This document shows, piece after piece, positions 1-9,599 of a DNA stretch of 32,000 nucleotides (position 1 is the first letter of the stretch; every line of letters begins with the position of its first letter). The position numbers and the translations under genes were made by a program. Origin of the DNA: Carboxydothermus pertinax (GTDB lineage Bacteria > Bacillota > Z-2901 > Carboxydothermales > Carboxydothermaceae); the NCBI RefSeq assembly GCF_001950255.1, contig NZ_BDJK01000014.1, positions 9,966 to 41,965 of the forward strand, given 5' to 3'. A model generated the notes under the pieces. That model was given only the letters and a program-made list of their open reading frames with translations, ran no database searches and was not told the origin of the DNA.

Positions 1-1586
<1,586 letters not shown>

Positions 1587-1601
1587 GCAAGGAGGGAGAA
1601 T

Positions 1602-2900
1602 GTGAGCCTAAAATTTGACCGATCCATTGAAGCGTTTAGCGAAGCGAAAAAAGTTATTCCAGGAGGAGTTAACAGTCCTGTTCGGGCTTTTAAATCAGTA
1701 GGCTTAAATCCTGTATTTATAGAACGGGGAGAAGGAGCAAAGATTTATGATATTGACGGCAATACCTATATTGATTATGTAGGCTCATGGGGTCCCTTAA
1801 TTTTAGGTCATCGCCATCCCAAAGTAGAAAAGGCATTAGCTAATTGTCTTAAAAAAGGGACTAGCTTTGGTGCCCCAACCTTATTGGAAACCGAAATGGC
1901 AAAGCTAGTAGTTGACGCTTTTCCGGCAATGGATATGGTGAGGATGGTTAACTCTGGGACTGAAGCTACCATGAGTGCAATACGTTTAGCCCGGGGATTT
2001 ACCGGAAGAAATAAAATTGTTAAATTTGAAGGGTGTTATCATGGACATGCTGACTCACTCTTGATAAAAGCTGGCTCCGGAGCGCTTACTTTAGGTGTTC
2101 CTACAAGTCCGGGAGTACCTGTGAATATTGCCTATAACACTATCACTGCTCAGTTTAATGATTTATCTCTTTTGGAAGAAATTTTTGCACAAGAAGGCAA
2201 TGATATTGCAGCAGTTATCTTAGAGCCGGTGGCGGGGAATATGGGGGTTGTGCCACCAAAGCCAGGCTTTTTGGAAGGGGTAAGGGATATCACAAAAAAA
2301 TATGGAGCCTTATTAATCATGGACGAGGTTATGACTGGCTTTAGGGTTCACTGGGGAGGGGCGCAGGTACTCTACAACGTAGAGCCTGATATTACTACTT
2401 TAGGAAAGATAATTGGCGGAGGACTGCCGGTTGGAGCTTATGGTGGACGCCAAGAAATCATGGAAATGGTTTCTCCGGCAGGTCCCGTATATCAAGCAGG
2501 AACTTTATCAGGTAATCCCTTGGCAATGACCGCTGGTATTGCAACTTTATCAGTATTAAAAGAAGAAGGAGTTTATGAACAGTTGGAGGAAAAGTCTAAA
2601 TATTTAGAGCAGGGACTTAAAGAAGCGGCAACGGCAGCCGGATTAAATCTTTGGTTTAACCGCGTCGGCTCAATGCTTTGTACTTTCTTTACATCGGAGG
2701 AAGTGGTGGATTATAAGTCAGCTTGCACTTCCGATACTAACAAATTTGCTATTTTCTTTAAGACCATGCTGGAAAATGGGGTATATATTGCTCCATCACA
2801 ATTTGAGGCCATGTTTGTTTCTCTGGCGCATACTAAAGAGGATTTAAACAAAACCATTGAAGCGGCTTATGTGGCGTTTAAAGCAGTGGCCAAAATATAA
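1602..2900 (+). CDS. hemL: Glutamate-1-semialdehyde 2,1-aminomutase
   Basis: Full-length 432 aa with [28 protein letters not shown] and the PLP region [10 protein letters not shown]...[21 protein letters not shown] start preceded by GGAGGGAG. Confidence 0.97.
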   Translation: MSLKFDRSIEAFSEAKKVIPGGVNSPVRAFKSVGLNPVFIERGEGAKIYDIDGNTYIDYVGSWGPLILGHRHPKVEKALANCLKKGTSFGAPTLLETEMAKLVVDAFPAMDMVRMVNSGTEATMSAIRLARGFTGRNKIVKFEGCYHGHADSLLIKAGSGALTLGVPTSPGVPVNIAYNTITAQFNDLSLLEEIFAQEGNDIAAVILEPVAGNMGVVPPKPGFLEGVRDITKKYGALLIMDEVMTGFRVHWGGAQVLYNVEPDITTLGKIIGGGLPVGAYGGRQEIMEMVSPAGPVYQAGTLSGNPLAMTAGIATLSVLKEEGVYEQLEEKSKYLEQGLKEAATAAGLNLWFNRVGSMLCTFFTSEEVVDYKSACTSDTNKFAIFFKTMLENGVYIAPSQFEAMFVSLAHTKEDLNKTIEAAYVAFKAVAKI

Positions 2901-2904
2901 ACAA

Positions 2905-2936
2905 AAATCCCTTGAAGCAAAAGCTTCAAGGGATTT
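2905..2936 (-). terminator. Rho-independent terminator of the minus-strand tRNA operon, possibly bidirectional with hemL
   Basis: Perfect 14-bp stem AAATCCCTTGAAGC / GCTTCAAGGGATTT with AAAA loop. The T-rich tail is better on the minus strand (GGGATTTTTGTTTATATTTT) than on the plus strand. Confidence 0.85.
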
Positions 2937-2948
2937 CTTACAAAATAA

Positions 2949-3034
2949 TGGTGCGGCAGAGAGGATTTGAACCTCCACGGGCTAATGCCCACTAGATCCT
3001 GAGTCTAGCGCGTCTGCCGTTCCGCCACTGCCGC
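2949..3034 (-). tRNA. tRNA-Leu (anticodon CAG)
   Basis: Reverse complement GCGGCAGTGGCGGAACGGCAGACGCGCTAGACTCAGGATCTAG...GTTCAAATCCTCTCTGCCGCACCA. 7-bp acceptor stem, long variable arm, encoded CCA. Confidence 0.95.
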
Positions 3035-3043
3035 ATAAATAAA

Positions 3044-3119
3044 TGGCTGGGGCGGCTGGATTCGAACCAACGAAATGGCGGTTCCAAAGACCGCTGCCTT
3101 ACCGCTTGGCTACGCCCCA
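3044..3119 (-). tRNA. tRNA-Gln (anticodon TTG)
   Basis: Reverse complement TGGGGCGTAGCCAAGCGGTAAGGCAGCGGTCTTTGGAACCGC...GGTTCGAATCCAGCCGCCCCAGCCA. Cloverleaf and encoded CCA. Confidence 0.95.
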
Positions 3120-3188
3120 ACTTATCATATAAGATTAAGTTAAATAAAGTCAGAGATCCAACGACCTCTGACATCTTACCAGTTTAAA

Positions 3189-3274
<86 letters not shown>

Positions 3275-3301
3275 ATATAATCAACGATTATTTAATTGCA
3301 C

Positions 3302-3379
3302 TGGTCGGGATGGAGGGATTTGAACCCCCGACTTCCTGCTCCCAAGGCAGGCGCGCTAGCCAAACTGCGCTACATCCCG
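3302..3379 (-). tRNA. tRNA-Pro (anticodon TGG)
   Basis: Reverse complement CGGGATGTAGCGCAGTTTGGCTAGCGCGCCTGCCTTGGGAGCAGG...GGTTCAAATCCCTCCATCCCGACCA. Confidence 0.95.
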
Positions 3380-3398
3380 TTCAATCAGGACAGTTTTT

Positions 3399-3427
3399 AT
3401 TATATATATTTTATGAAAGGTCGTCAA
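3399..3427 (-). promoter_or_regulatory. Sigma-70/SigA-type promoter driving the minus-strand tRNA operon
   Basis: Minus strand reads TTGACG-N17-TATAAT (-35 at 3427..3422, -10 at 3404..3399), placing transcription start about 10-15 nt upstream of the tRNA-Pro 5' end. Confidence 0.85.
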
Positions 3428-3532
3428 GTATTAAATTAAAAAAATATTGGAATAAGACATTAAACTAAGGATTAAAATAGTAGTATGCTGCTGTTTTTTA
3501 TGTTATAATTTGCCATAAGGAGTGTGATTTTT

Positions 3533-3838
3533 ATGGATATTTTTAAGCGCAGTATAATGCTTGGTTTAGGGTTAATTACCCTCACTAAGGAAAAGGCGGA
3601 AGAGTTTATGAACGAGCTTATGGAAAAAGGCAAGATGAGCAAAGATGAAGCGCAAAAATTTTTAGATGATTTAATTACTAAAGGAAAAAGCCAAAAAGAA
3701 GAGTTAAAAGCTGAAATTAACGCAGAACTGCAAAAAATAATTAAAGAGTTAAATTTGGTGACCAGAGAAGAATTAAAACTTTTGGAAAATCGGCTAAATG
3801 AATTAGAAACTAAAATCCAAGAGCAAAACAAGGGGTAA
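3533..3838 (+). CDS. Small coiled-coil phasin-like protein (PhaF-like / polyhydroxyalkanoate synthesis regulator-like)
   Basis: MDIFKRSIMLGLGLITLTKEKAEEFMNELMEKGKMSKDEAQKFLDDLITKGKSQKEELKAEI... is the typical LGL...T.EKAEEFVNELVEKGK pattern. AAGGAG at 3517-3522 supports ATG 3533 over the track GTG at 3524. Confidence 0.75.
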   Translation: MDIFKRSIMLGLGLITLTKEKAEEFMNELMEKGKMSKDEAQKFLDDLITKGKSQKEELKAEINAELQKIIKELNLVTREELKLLENRLNELETKIQEQNKG

Positions 3839-3852
3839 TAACCCCTTGTTTT
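3825..3852 (+). terminator. Intrinsic terminator overlapping the stop codon of the phasin-like gene
   Basis: AAAACAAGGGGT-AATA-ACCCCTTGTTTT, a 12-bp perfect stem ending in T-run. Confidence 0.75.
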
Positions 3853-3869
3853 GTTAGGGAGGATGAAAA

Positions 3870-5495
3870 GTGCTACCCTTAGCGCCTAAACATCTATCAA
3901 GATTCCGGGAAATTGCTGGAGTGTTAACGGAATTCGGTTTTGGCTTCTTGTTGGCATATATTAGACGACCAAATAATGTTGAAAAAATAGATTTGAATGA
4001 TTACCGAATGACTGAACTTGCTGGGAATCTAAAAAAAATGCTGGAAAAATTAGGACCCACCTTTATAAAACTGGGACAAATTTTAAGTACCCAAAAAGAT
4101 ATTTTGCCAAAGCCATTTCAAGAAGCGTTAGAAAAACTTCAAGATCAAGTAACACCGTTGCCTTTTAGGGAAATTGCATCATATATTGAAGAAAACTTGG
4201 ATTCTCCTTTAGAGGAAATATTTATTGAATTTGACGAAAACCCAATTGCTAGCGCCTCCCTAGGACAAGTCTATCGGGCTAAACTTCAGGATGAAAAAGA
4301 AGTAGTAGTAAAGGTTAAACGACCAGGGGTCGATGACTTAATAAAAACCGATTTACAAATTTTATACCGAATTGCTTCTTTTATTGAAAATAAAACTAAC
4401 TGGGGAAAGCTCAACAAACCGTTACGGATGTGGGAAGAATTAAAATTAAGCTTAGAACGGGAACTGGATTATACTGGTGAAGCTAGAAATATTGACAATT
4501 TCCGTAAAAATGTGAAATATAAAAAGCTAATCATACCCAAAGTGTTTTGGGAGTTCACCAATGAAAATATTTTGGTTTTGGAGGCAGTTTACGGAGTAAA
4601 AGTAAGCGAACGGTCACGTCTTTTAGAAATGGGCATTGACTTAGACCGTTTAGCCCGGGACTTGGTGGAGATATTTGTCATGCAAATCTTAGAAGATGGC
4701 TATTTTCATGCCGATCCCCATCCGGGAAATATTGCAGTAACACCCTTAGGGGAAATTATTTTGTATGATTTTGGCATGGTGGGATTTTTGAATCCCTGGC
4801 TTAAGGAAATTTTAATCTCATTATTAATAAGCGTAGTAAAAAAAGATTTTGCGCGAATTTCTGAATTATTAATTGAATTAAGTCACCGGGAAGATATTAC
4901 ACCAGCAGAGATAAAAAAAGATGTTCGGGATATATTTAATCAGTATTATTTTGTGTCTTTAGCTTACCTTTCTCTTGGGGAGTTGCTAAAAGAACTGTTA
5001 ATTCTTGCTAAAAAACATGAGATTGTAATTCCACCAGAAATTGTGCTAGTAGCTAAAACTATTATTGCCTTAGAAGGAATCGTAAAAACCTTAAATAGCG
5101 GATTATCCGTTGCCGAATTAGCCGAACCAATTGCCACAAGTCTTTTAAAAAGTCGGGTATTAAAACTTCCTTCTCTAAAAAAAATTGCCCTAGAAATTTA
5201 TGATCTTTTTGATAAATTAACAGCGCTTCCAGGAATGCTTGAAAGCAGTCTTGCCAATTTAGAAAAGGCAAAACTAACCCTTAAACTCGAAGAACGCCAA
5301 TTAGACAAGCTTACTAATTCCTTTACTAAAAGCGTTCAATTTTTAGCTGTAGTAATTTTTTACGCTGCCTATTTTTTGAGCTCTCCAGCGATTTTAAAGG
5401 CTTTGCCTCTTGAACACAGAGGCAAAATGTTTCTTTTTATTACTGTTGCTTACTTTTCCGGTGGATATATTTTATGGAAAAAGCATCGGGTATAG
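3870..5495 (+). CDS. ABC1/AarF/UbiB-family atypical kinase-like membrane protein
   Basis: KxGQ motif (GPTFIKLGQILSTQKDILP), ASASLGQVYRAKL, DYTGEARNIDNF, GYFHADPHPGNI...LYDFGMVG, and two C-terminal hydrophobic helices. Confidence 0.93.
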   Translation: MLPLAPKHLSRFREIAGVLTEFGFGFLLAYIRRPNNVEKIDLNDYRMTELAGNLKKMLEKLGPTFIKLGQILSTQKDILPKPFQEALEKLQDQVTPLPFREIASYIEENLDSPLEEIFIEFDENPIASASLGQVYRAKLQDEKEVVVKVKRPGVDDLIKTDLQILYRIASFIENKTNWGKLNKPLRMWEELKLSLERELDYTGEARNIDNFRKNVKYKKLIIPKVFWEFTNENILVLEAVYGVKVSERSRLLEMGIDLDRLARDLVEIFVMQILEDGYFHADPHPGNIAVTPLGEIILYDFGMVGFLNPWLKEILISLLISVVKKDFARISELLIELSHREDITPAEIKKDVRDIFNQYYFVSLAYLSLGELLKELLILAKKHEIVIPPEIVLVAKTIIALEGIVKTLNSGLSVAELAEPIATSLLKSRVLKLPSLKKIALEIYDLFDKLTALPGMLESSLANLEKAKLTLKLEERQLDKLTNSFTKSVQFLAVVIFYAAYFLSSPAILKALPLEHRGKMFLFITVAYFSGGYILWKKHRV

Positions 5496-5554
5496 CATAG
5501 ATTGTCCTCTTAGGGCATATTTTTTTTAGAAAAAAGCCCTAAGGGGGGAGTAAA

Positions 5555-6544
5555 TTGTTAAAAAAATTTGTAGGGATTATCTTAGTTTTAACCTTCTTTT
5601 GTTCTACTGTTTTAGCGGAGCAACCAATAACTGATAAAAACCAGCCCCAAAATGCCTTGAAATTTCTTATAATCGTTATTGAAGACTTTAGTCAGGAAAA
5701 ACTTTTTAAATCCTACCTTCCCAACATAAAAAATTTATATGAAATGGGCTATAGTGGCATAACCCTGGGCAATGAGTTAAATCTTCAGGAGTATATTGAA
5801 GATCTTTTAAAATTAAAAGGTTTTGAAACTAATTTTCCTCTTTTGGCTAAGAAATACGGTTATAGAGTTTATGCCTATGGTTTTAATATTAAAAATTATT
5901 CTGGTCTTGAATATCTGCCTAGTTTACAATTTATGGAATCAAAATTTGGTGATAGTGAAAAAAATGGATTTATTTTAGCCTTTAAAAGAGACCAAGAAAA
6001 ATTAGCCGATAAAGTGGTAGAAAAACTTTATGAATCAGGGGAGCTAAGAAATACTATAGTAGTTGTAATTGGCAGCGGTAAAAGTGGAGTTTTTACAACC
6101 TTTGCTAATAAAATCAAAAAGAACGTAAAAGTGGAATTTATCTTAGATGACGGTATAATTCCTACGATTTCGTTAGCGCTGGGGATTTACCCTCAGGAAG
6201 AATGGGGACCTACTTTATGGAGTGCGATTTATACAGGGGATTGGGAGACCGAAAATCAAAATCGGGCTAAAGAACAAAAAGAGATATTAGCTTTTGTGCT
6301 TAAACTTCGTAAGGTAATAACTGAAAAAGATAGGGAAATAAAAAATTTTCAAAAAGAAAAAGAGAAACTTTTAACAAAATTAATGGGTAAAGAACACGAA
6401 AGTACTTCTTTACATGCTACTATAAAAAAGCTTAAATTGAAAATTGTAATTTATAAATTAACTGTCTTTGGCTTGATTATAACAGGATTTTTCTTACTTT
6501 TTCTGGAGTATAAACTATTAAAAAAGAAATATTTAATCTTTTAA
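5555..6544 (+). CDS. Exported/membrane-anchored protein of uncertain function, possibly a degenerate alkaline-phosphatase-superfamily domain with C-terminal coiled coil and TM helix
   Basis: N-terminal signal peptide (MLKKFVGIILVLTFFCSTVLA), LIIVIEDFS...LPNIKNLYEMGYSGITLG, VVVIGSGKSG, late coiled coil KEKEKLLTKL, and C-terminal LTVFGLIITGFFLLFLEYKLLKKK. TTG start. Confidence 0.5.
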   Translation: MLKKFVGIILVLTFFCSTVLAEQPITDKNQPQNALKFLIIVIEDFSQEKLFKSYLPNIKNLYEMGYSGITLGNELNLQEYIEDLLKLKGFETNFPLLAKKYGYRVYAYGFNIKNYSGLEYLPSLQFMESKFGDSEKNGFILAFKRDQEKLADKVVEKLYESGELRNTIVVVIGSGKSGVFTTFANKIKKNVKVEFILDDGIIPTISLALGIYPQEEWGPTLWSAIYTGDWETENQNRAKEQKEILAFVLKLRKVITEKDREIKNFQKEKEKLLTKLMGKEHESTSLHATIKKLKLKIVIYKLTVFGLIITGFFLLFLEYKLLKKKYLIF

Positions 6545-6545
6545 C

Positions 6546-6572
6546 CCCGGGAAAGGGGTCATTTTTTAATGT
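6546..6572 (+). terminator. Short possible intrinsic terminator
   Basis: ACCCC-gggaaa-GGGGT followed by CATTTTTT. Only a 5-bp stem. Confidence 0.5.
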
Positions 6573-6741
6573 TATGAAAATCACAAATAATTCAGAAAAT
6601 TTTAGATATTACAAGCAGGATTTTTGACTAAAGTGTCGAAAAATTAATAACTAAGTTTATAAAATTTTCCGTAAGCGGTAGGAAAATAAAGTTGAATGGT
6701 CGAATATATAAAATGAACAATATTCATCGGAGGGGAAAAAA

Positions 6742-7506
6742 TTGAAATTAGCAGTTGCCGGAAAAGGCGGAGTTGGAAAAACAACAATAGCGGCTGGTAT
6801 AATAAAAGCCATGGTTGCTGATTACGATAAGATTTATGCCGTTGACGGTGACCCCGATAGCTGTTTGGGGCAAGCTTTAGGTCTTCCGATTGAAGAAGCC
6901 TATTCAATTACTCCCTTAATTGAAATGAAAGAAGAAATTAAAGAAAAAACCGGTGACGGGGGACTCCTAATTTTAAATCCTAAAGTAGATGGCGATCTTG
7001 ATAAATATGGTAGATATATTAATGATAAAATTTTTTTAATTCGAATGGGAGAAATAAAAAAGGGCGGCTCCCAATGTTATTGCCGCGAAAACTCTTTTTT
7101 GGGTTCGGTGGTAAGTGCTTTATTTTTGGATAAAAAAGAAGCGGTAGTTATGGATATGGGGGCAGGAATTGAGCATTTAACCCGGGGCACGGCCAAAGCC
7201 GTTGATATGATGATTGCTGTAATTGAACCAAACCTCAACAGTATCAAAACTGGTCTTAATATTGAAAAGTTAGCCGGGGATTTAGGGATTAGAAAAGTAC
7301 GTTACGTAATAAATAAGGTCCACAATCCTCTGGAAGAAGAGCTAATTAAAAAGCATTTACCCGAGGATAAGATTTTGGGCATTATACCATACAATGATGC
7401 TTTTATCGAACTTTCATTAAAAGGAGAAGAAGTTTGGCAATCTACTAATCCGGTTTTTGAGCAACTTAATCACATATACCAAAAATTACGCCTGGAGGTG
7501 GTATAA
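6742..7506 (+). CDS. cooC: CooC/AcsF-family P-loop ATPase (CODH/ACS nickel-maturation factor)
   Basis: Deviant Walker A GKGGVGKTT, AVDGDPDSCLGQALG, CxC motif (SQCYCREN), VVMDMGAGIEHLTRGTA. Immediately upstream of acsA. TTG start with GGAGGGG SD. Confidence 0.88.
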   Translation: MKLAVAGKGGVGKTTIAAGIIKAMVADYDKIYAVDGDPDSCLGQALGLPIEEAYSITPLIEMKEEIKEKTGDGGLLILNPKVDGDLDKYGRYINDKIFLIRMGEIKKGGSQCYCRENSFLGSVVSALFLDKKEAVVMDMGAGIEHLTRGTAKAVDMMIAVIEPNLNSIKTGLNIEKLAGDLGIRKVRYVINKVHNPLEEELIKKHLPEDKILGIIPYNDAFIELSLKGEEVWQSTNPVFEQLNHIYQKLRLEVV

Positions 7507-7569
7507 CCAAAAAGAGGGGGGTAGCTTTAACGATTAGTTCAAAAAATTTTTGAAAAAGGAGGGTATTAA

Positions 7570-9582
7570 ATGCCAAGGTTTAGAGATTTAGAGCATACCT
7601 CAAAACCTTCCAAGGCTGAGCGGGTATGGGAGCCTAAAAACCGTAGAAGAACCACTGATCCTGCAGCTTTGGAAATGCTTGAAAAAGCAGAAAAAGATGG
7701 GGTAAAAACGGCGTTTGACCGTTTCGTAGAAATGCAACCCCAGTGTCAGTTTGGCTACAAAGGTCTATGTTGTCGTTTTTGCTTACAAGGACCTTGCCGT
7801 TTGCCAAACGATGACCCCAGTAAGAAGGGAATTTGTGGAGCATCAGCTTGGACTATTGCGGCAAGATCGGTTGGAACTTTAATCTTAACTGGTGCTGCTG
7901 CCCATAACGAACATGCTAGACACATTGCCCATGCGCTAAAAGAATTAGCGGAAGGAAAAACTCCCGATTATAAAATTTCCGACCCTGACAAATTAAGAAG
8001 AATTGCCCAAAGGCTTGGAGTGGATACCAAAGGGAAAGATGATCTGACCTTAGCTAAGGAAGTTGCAGAATTAGCTCTTGAAGATTTTGCGCGCTTACCT
8101 GGCTTTGGTGAAAACCTCTGGATTAAAACAACCTTAAACAAAGAACGGCTGGAAAAATATGATGACTGTAATATTATGCCTTCAGGTATTTTTGGTGATA
8201 TTTCTGACCTTTTAGCCCAAGCCCACATTGGAAATGATGATGACCCAGTTAATATCACCTTTAGCGCTTTAAGGGTTGCTTTAACTGACTACGCTGGCAT
8301 GCATATCGCAACCGATTTTTCGGACGTACTTTTTGGTACTCCCAAACCAATTGTTACCGAAGCTAACCTTGGTGTATTGGACGCCAATAAAGTAAATATT
8401 GCTGTGCATGGTCACAACCCTCTCTTAAGTGAAAAAGTAGTTGATGCTGCAAAAGAATTAGAAGAGGAAGCAAGAGCTGCTGGAGCCGATGGAATAAACA
8501 TTGTAGGTATGTGCTGTACTGGTAATGAAGTTTTAATGCGCCGGGGAGTGCATTTGGCAACTTCCTTTGCTTCCAGTGAGCTTGCCATAGTCACCGGGGC
8601 TATGGATGCTGTTGTTGTTGATGTTCAATGTATTATGCCCGGCTTAAAGCAAGTAACTGAATGCTATCATACTCGCCTAATTACTACCTCAAACATCGCG
8701 AAAATGCCTGGAACCTACCACGTACCCTTCAATGTAGAAACTGCCCACGATAATGCCAAAGAAATTGTCCGTTTAGGGATTGAAGCCTACAAACAACGTA
8801 TTGGCAAACCTGTTCACATCCCCGATATTAAGCATAAAGTTGTTGCTGGATTTAGCTTTGAAGCATTAATGGAAATCTTTGCCCATGTTAATCCAGAAAA
8901 TCCTATTAAGGTATTAAACGATGCTATTTTATCCGGTCAATTAAAAGGTGTTGTCTTATTCGCAGGCTGCAATAACTTGAAACGGCCACAGGATGAAAGT
9001 CATATTACCATCTTGCAGGAAATGCTTAAGAACGATGTATTTGTAGTGGCAACCGGTTGTTCTGCTCAAGCCTTTGCCAAACATGGCTTTTTACGGCCGG
9101 AAGCTTTAGAAATTGCCGGAGAGGGACTTAAGTCCTTTATAAAGATGTTAGAAGAAAAAGCAGGACTACAGGGGCAGCTGCCACCTGCGTTCTTTATGGG
9201 TTCTTGCGTTGATAATACTCGGGCCTCGGATATTTTGGTTGCCATGGCCAAGGATCTCGGGGTGGATACACCTAAGGTACCGTTTGTTGCTTCTGCTCCC
9301 GAAGCTATGAGTGGAAAAGCAGTATCAATAGGTACCTGGTTTGTAACTCTCGATGTTCCAGTACACGTAGGTACGATGCCACCTCTAGAAGGTAGTGAAC
9401 TGTTCTACAGTATTACCACCCAAATTGCTTCAGACGTATACGGCGGTTACTTCATGTTTGAAGTTGACCCGGTTGTAGCTGCTAAAAAGATTTTAAATGC
9501 TCTTGAGTATAGAACCTGGAAGTTGGGCGTTCACAAGCAAACGGCAGAAAAATTCGAATCGGCCCTCTGCCAAAATTACTAA
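7570..9582 (+). CDS. acsA: Carbon monoxide dehydrogenase catalytic subunit of the CODH/ACS complex
   Basis: 670 aa. D/B-cluster cysteines CQFGYKGLCCRFCLQGPCRL (Cx7C then CxxCxxxxC), NIVGMCCTGNEVLMRRG, VVDVQCIMPGL, FAGCNNLKRPQD, FMGSCVDNTRA. Confidence 0.97.
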   Translation: MPRFRDLEHTSKPSKAERVWEPKNRRRTTDPAALEMLEKAEKDGVKTAFDRFVEMQPQCQFGYKGLCCRFCLQGPCRLPNDDPSKKGICGASAWTIAARSVGTLILTGAAAHNEHARHIAHALKELAEGKTPDYKISDPDKLRRIAQRLGVDTKGKDDLTLAKEVAELALEDFARLPGFGENLWIKTTLNKERLEKYDDCNIMPSGIFGDISDLLAQAHIGNDDDPVNITFSALRVALTDYAGMHIATDFSDVLFGTPKPIVTEANLGVLDANKVNIAVHGHNPLLSEKVVDAAKELEEEARAAGADGINIVGMCCTGNEVLMRRGVHLATSFASSELAIVTGAMDAVVVDVQCIMPGLKQVTECYHTRLITTSNIAKMPGTYHVPFNVETAHDNAKEIVRLGIEAYKQRIGKPVHIPDIKHKVVAGFSFEALMEIFAHVNPENPIKVLNDAILSGQLKGVVLFAGCNNLKRPQDESHITILQEMLKNDVFVVATGCSAQAFAKHGFLRPEALEIAGEGLKSFIKMLEEKAGLQGQLPPAFFMGSCVDNTRASDILVAMAKDLGVDTPKVPFVASAPEAMSGKAVSIGTWFVTLDVPVHVGTMPPLEGSELFYSITTQIASDVYGGYFMFEVDPVVAAKKILNALEYRTWKLGVHKQTAEKFESALCQNY

Positions 9583-9599
9583 GGTGAGGAGGGGAGTAT

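Noticed and set aside
2992-3174. 60-aa minus-strand ORF (MSEVVGSLTLFN...)
   Set aside because: It reads through the tRNA-Leu and tRNA-Gln genes and is a spurious ORF.
3501-3509. Extended -10-like TGTTATAAT just upstream of the phasin-like gene
   Set aside because: No matching -35, and the predicted start would fall at the SD sequence. It may be chance in AT-rich DNA.
3472-3831. 119-aa minus-strand ORF
   Set aside because: Complete antisense shadow of the phasin-like gene, which has a good SD and family resemblance.
6624-6657. Possible CooA-type or SigA promoter upstream of the cooC/acsA cluster (TTTGACTAAAGTGTCG, TTGACT...TAATAA)
   Set aside because: The GAC/GTC half sites are inverted relative to the TGTC-N-GACA arrangement expected for CooA, and the -35/-10 spacing is only 15 nt. 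It is not strong enough to call without start-site mapping.
6644-6907. 87-aa minus-strand ORF crossing the cooC start
   Set aside because: Antisense to the conserved Walker A region, with no supporting features.
7634-9251. Several minus-strand ORFs of 60-96 aa inside acsA
   Set aside because: Antisense frames of a strongly recognised coding gene, with no family resemblance or ribosome-binding support.
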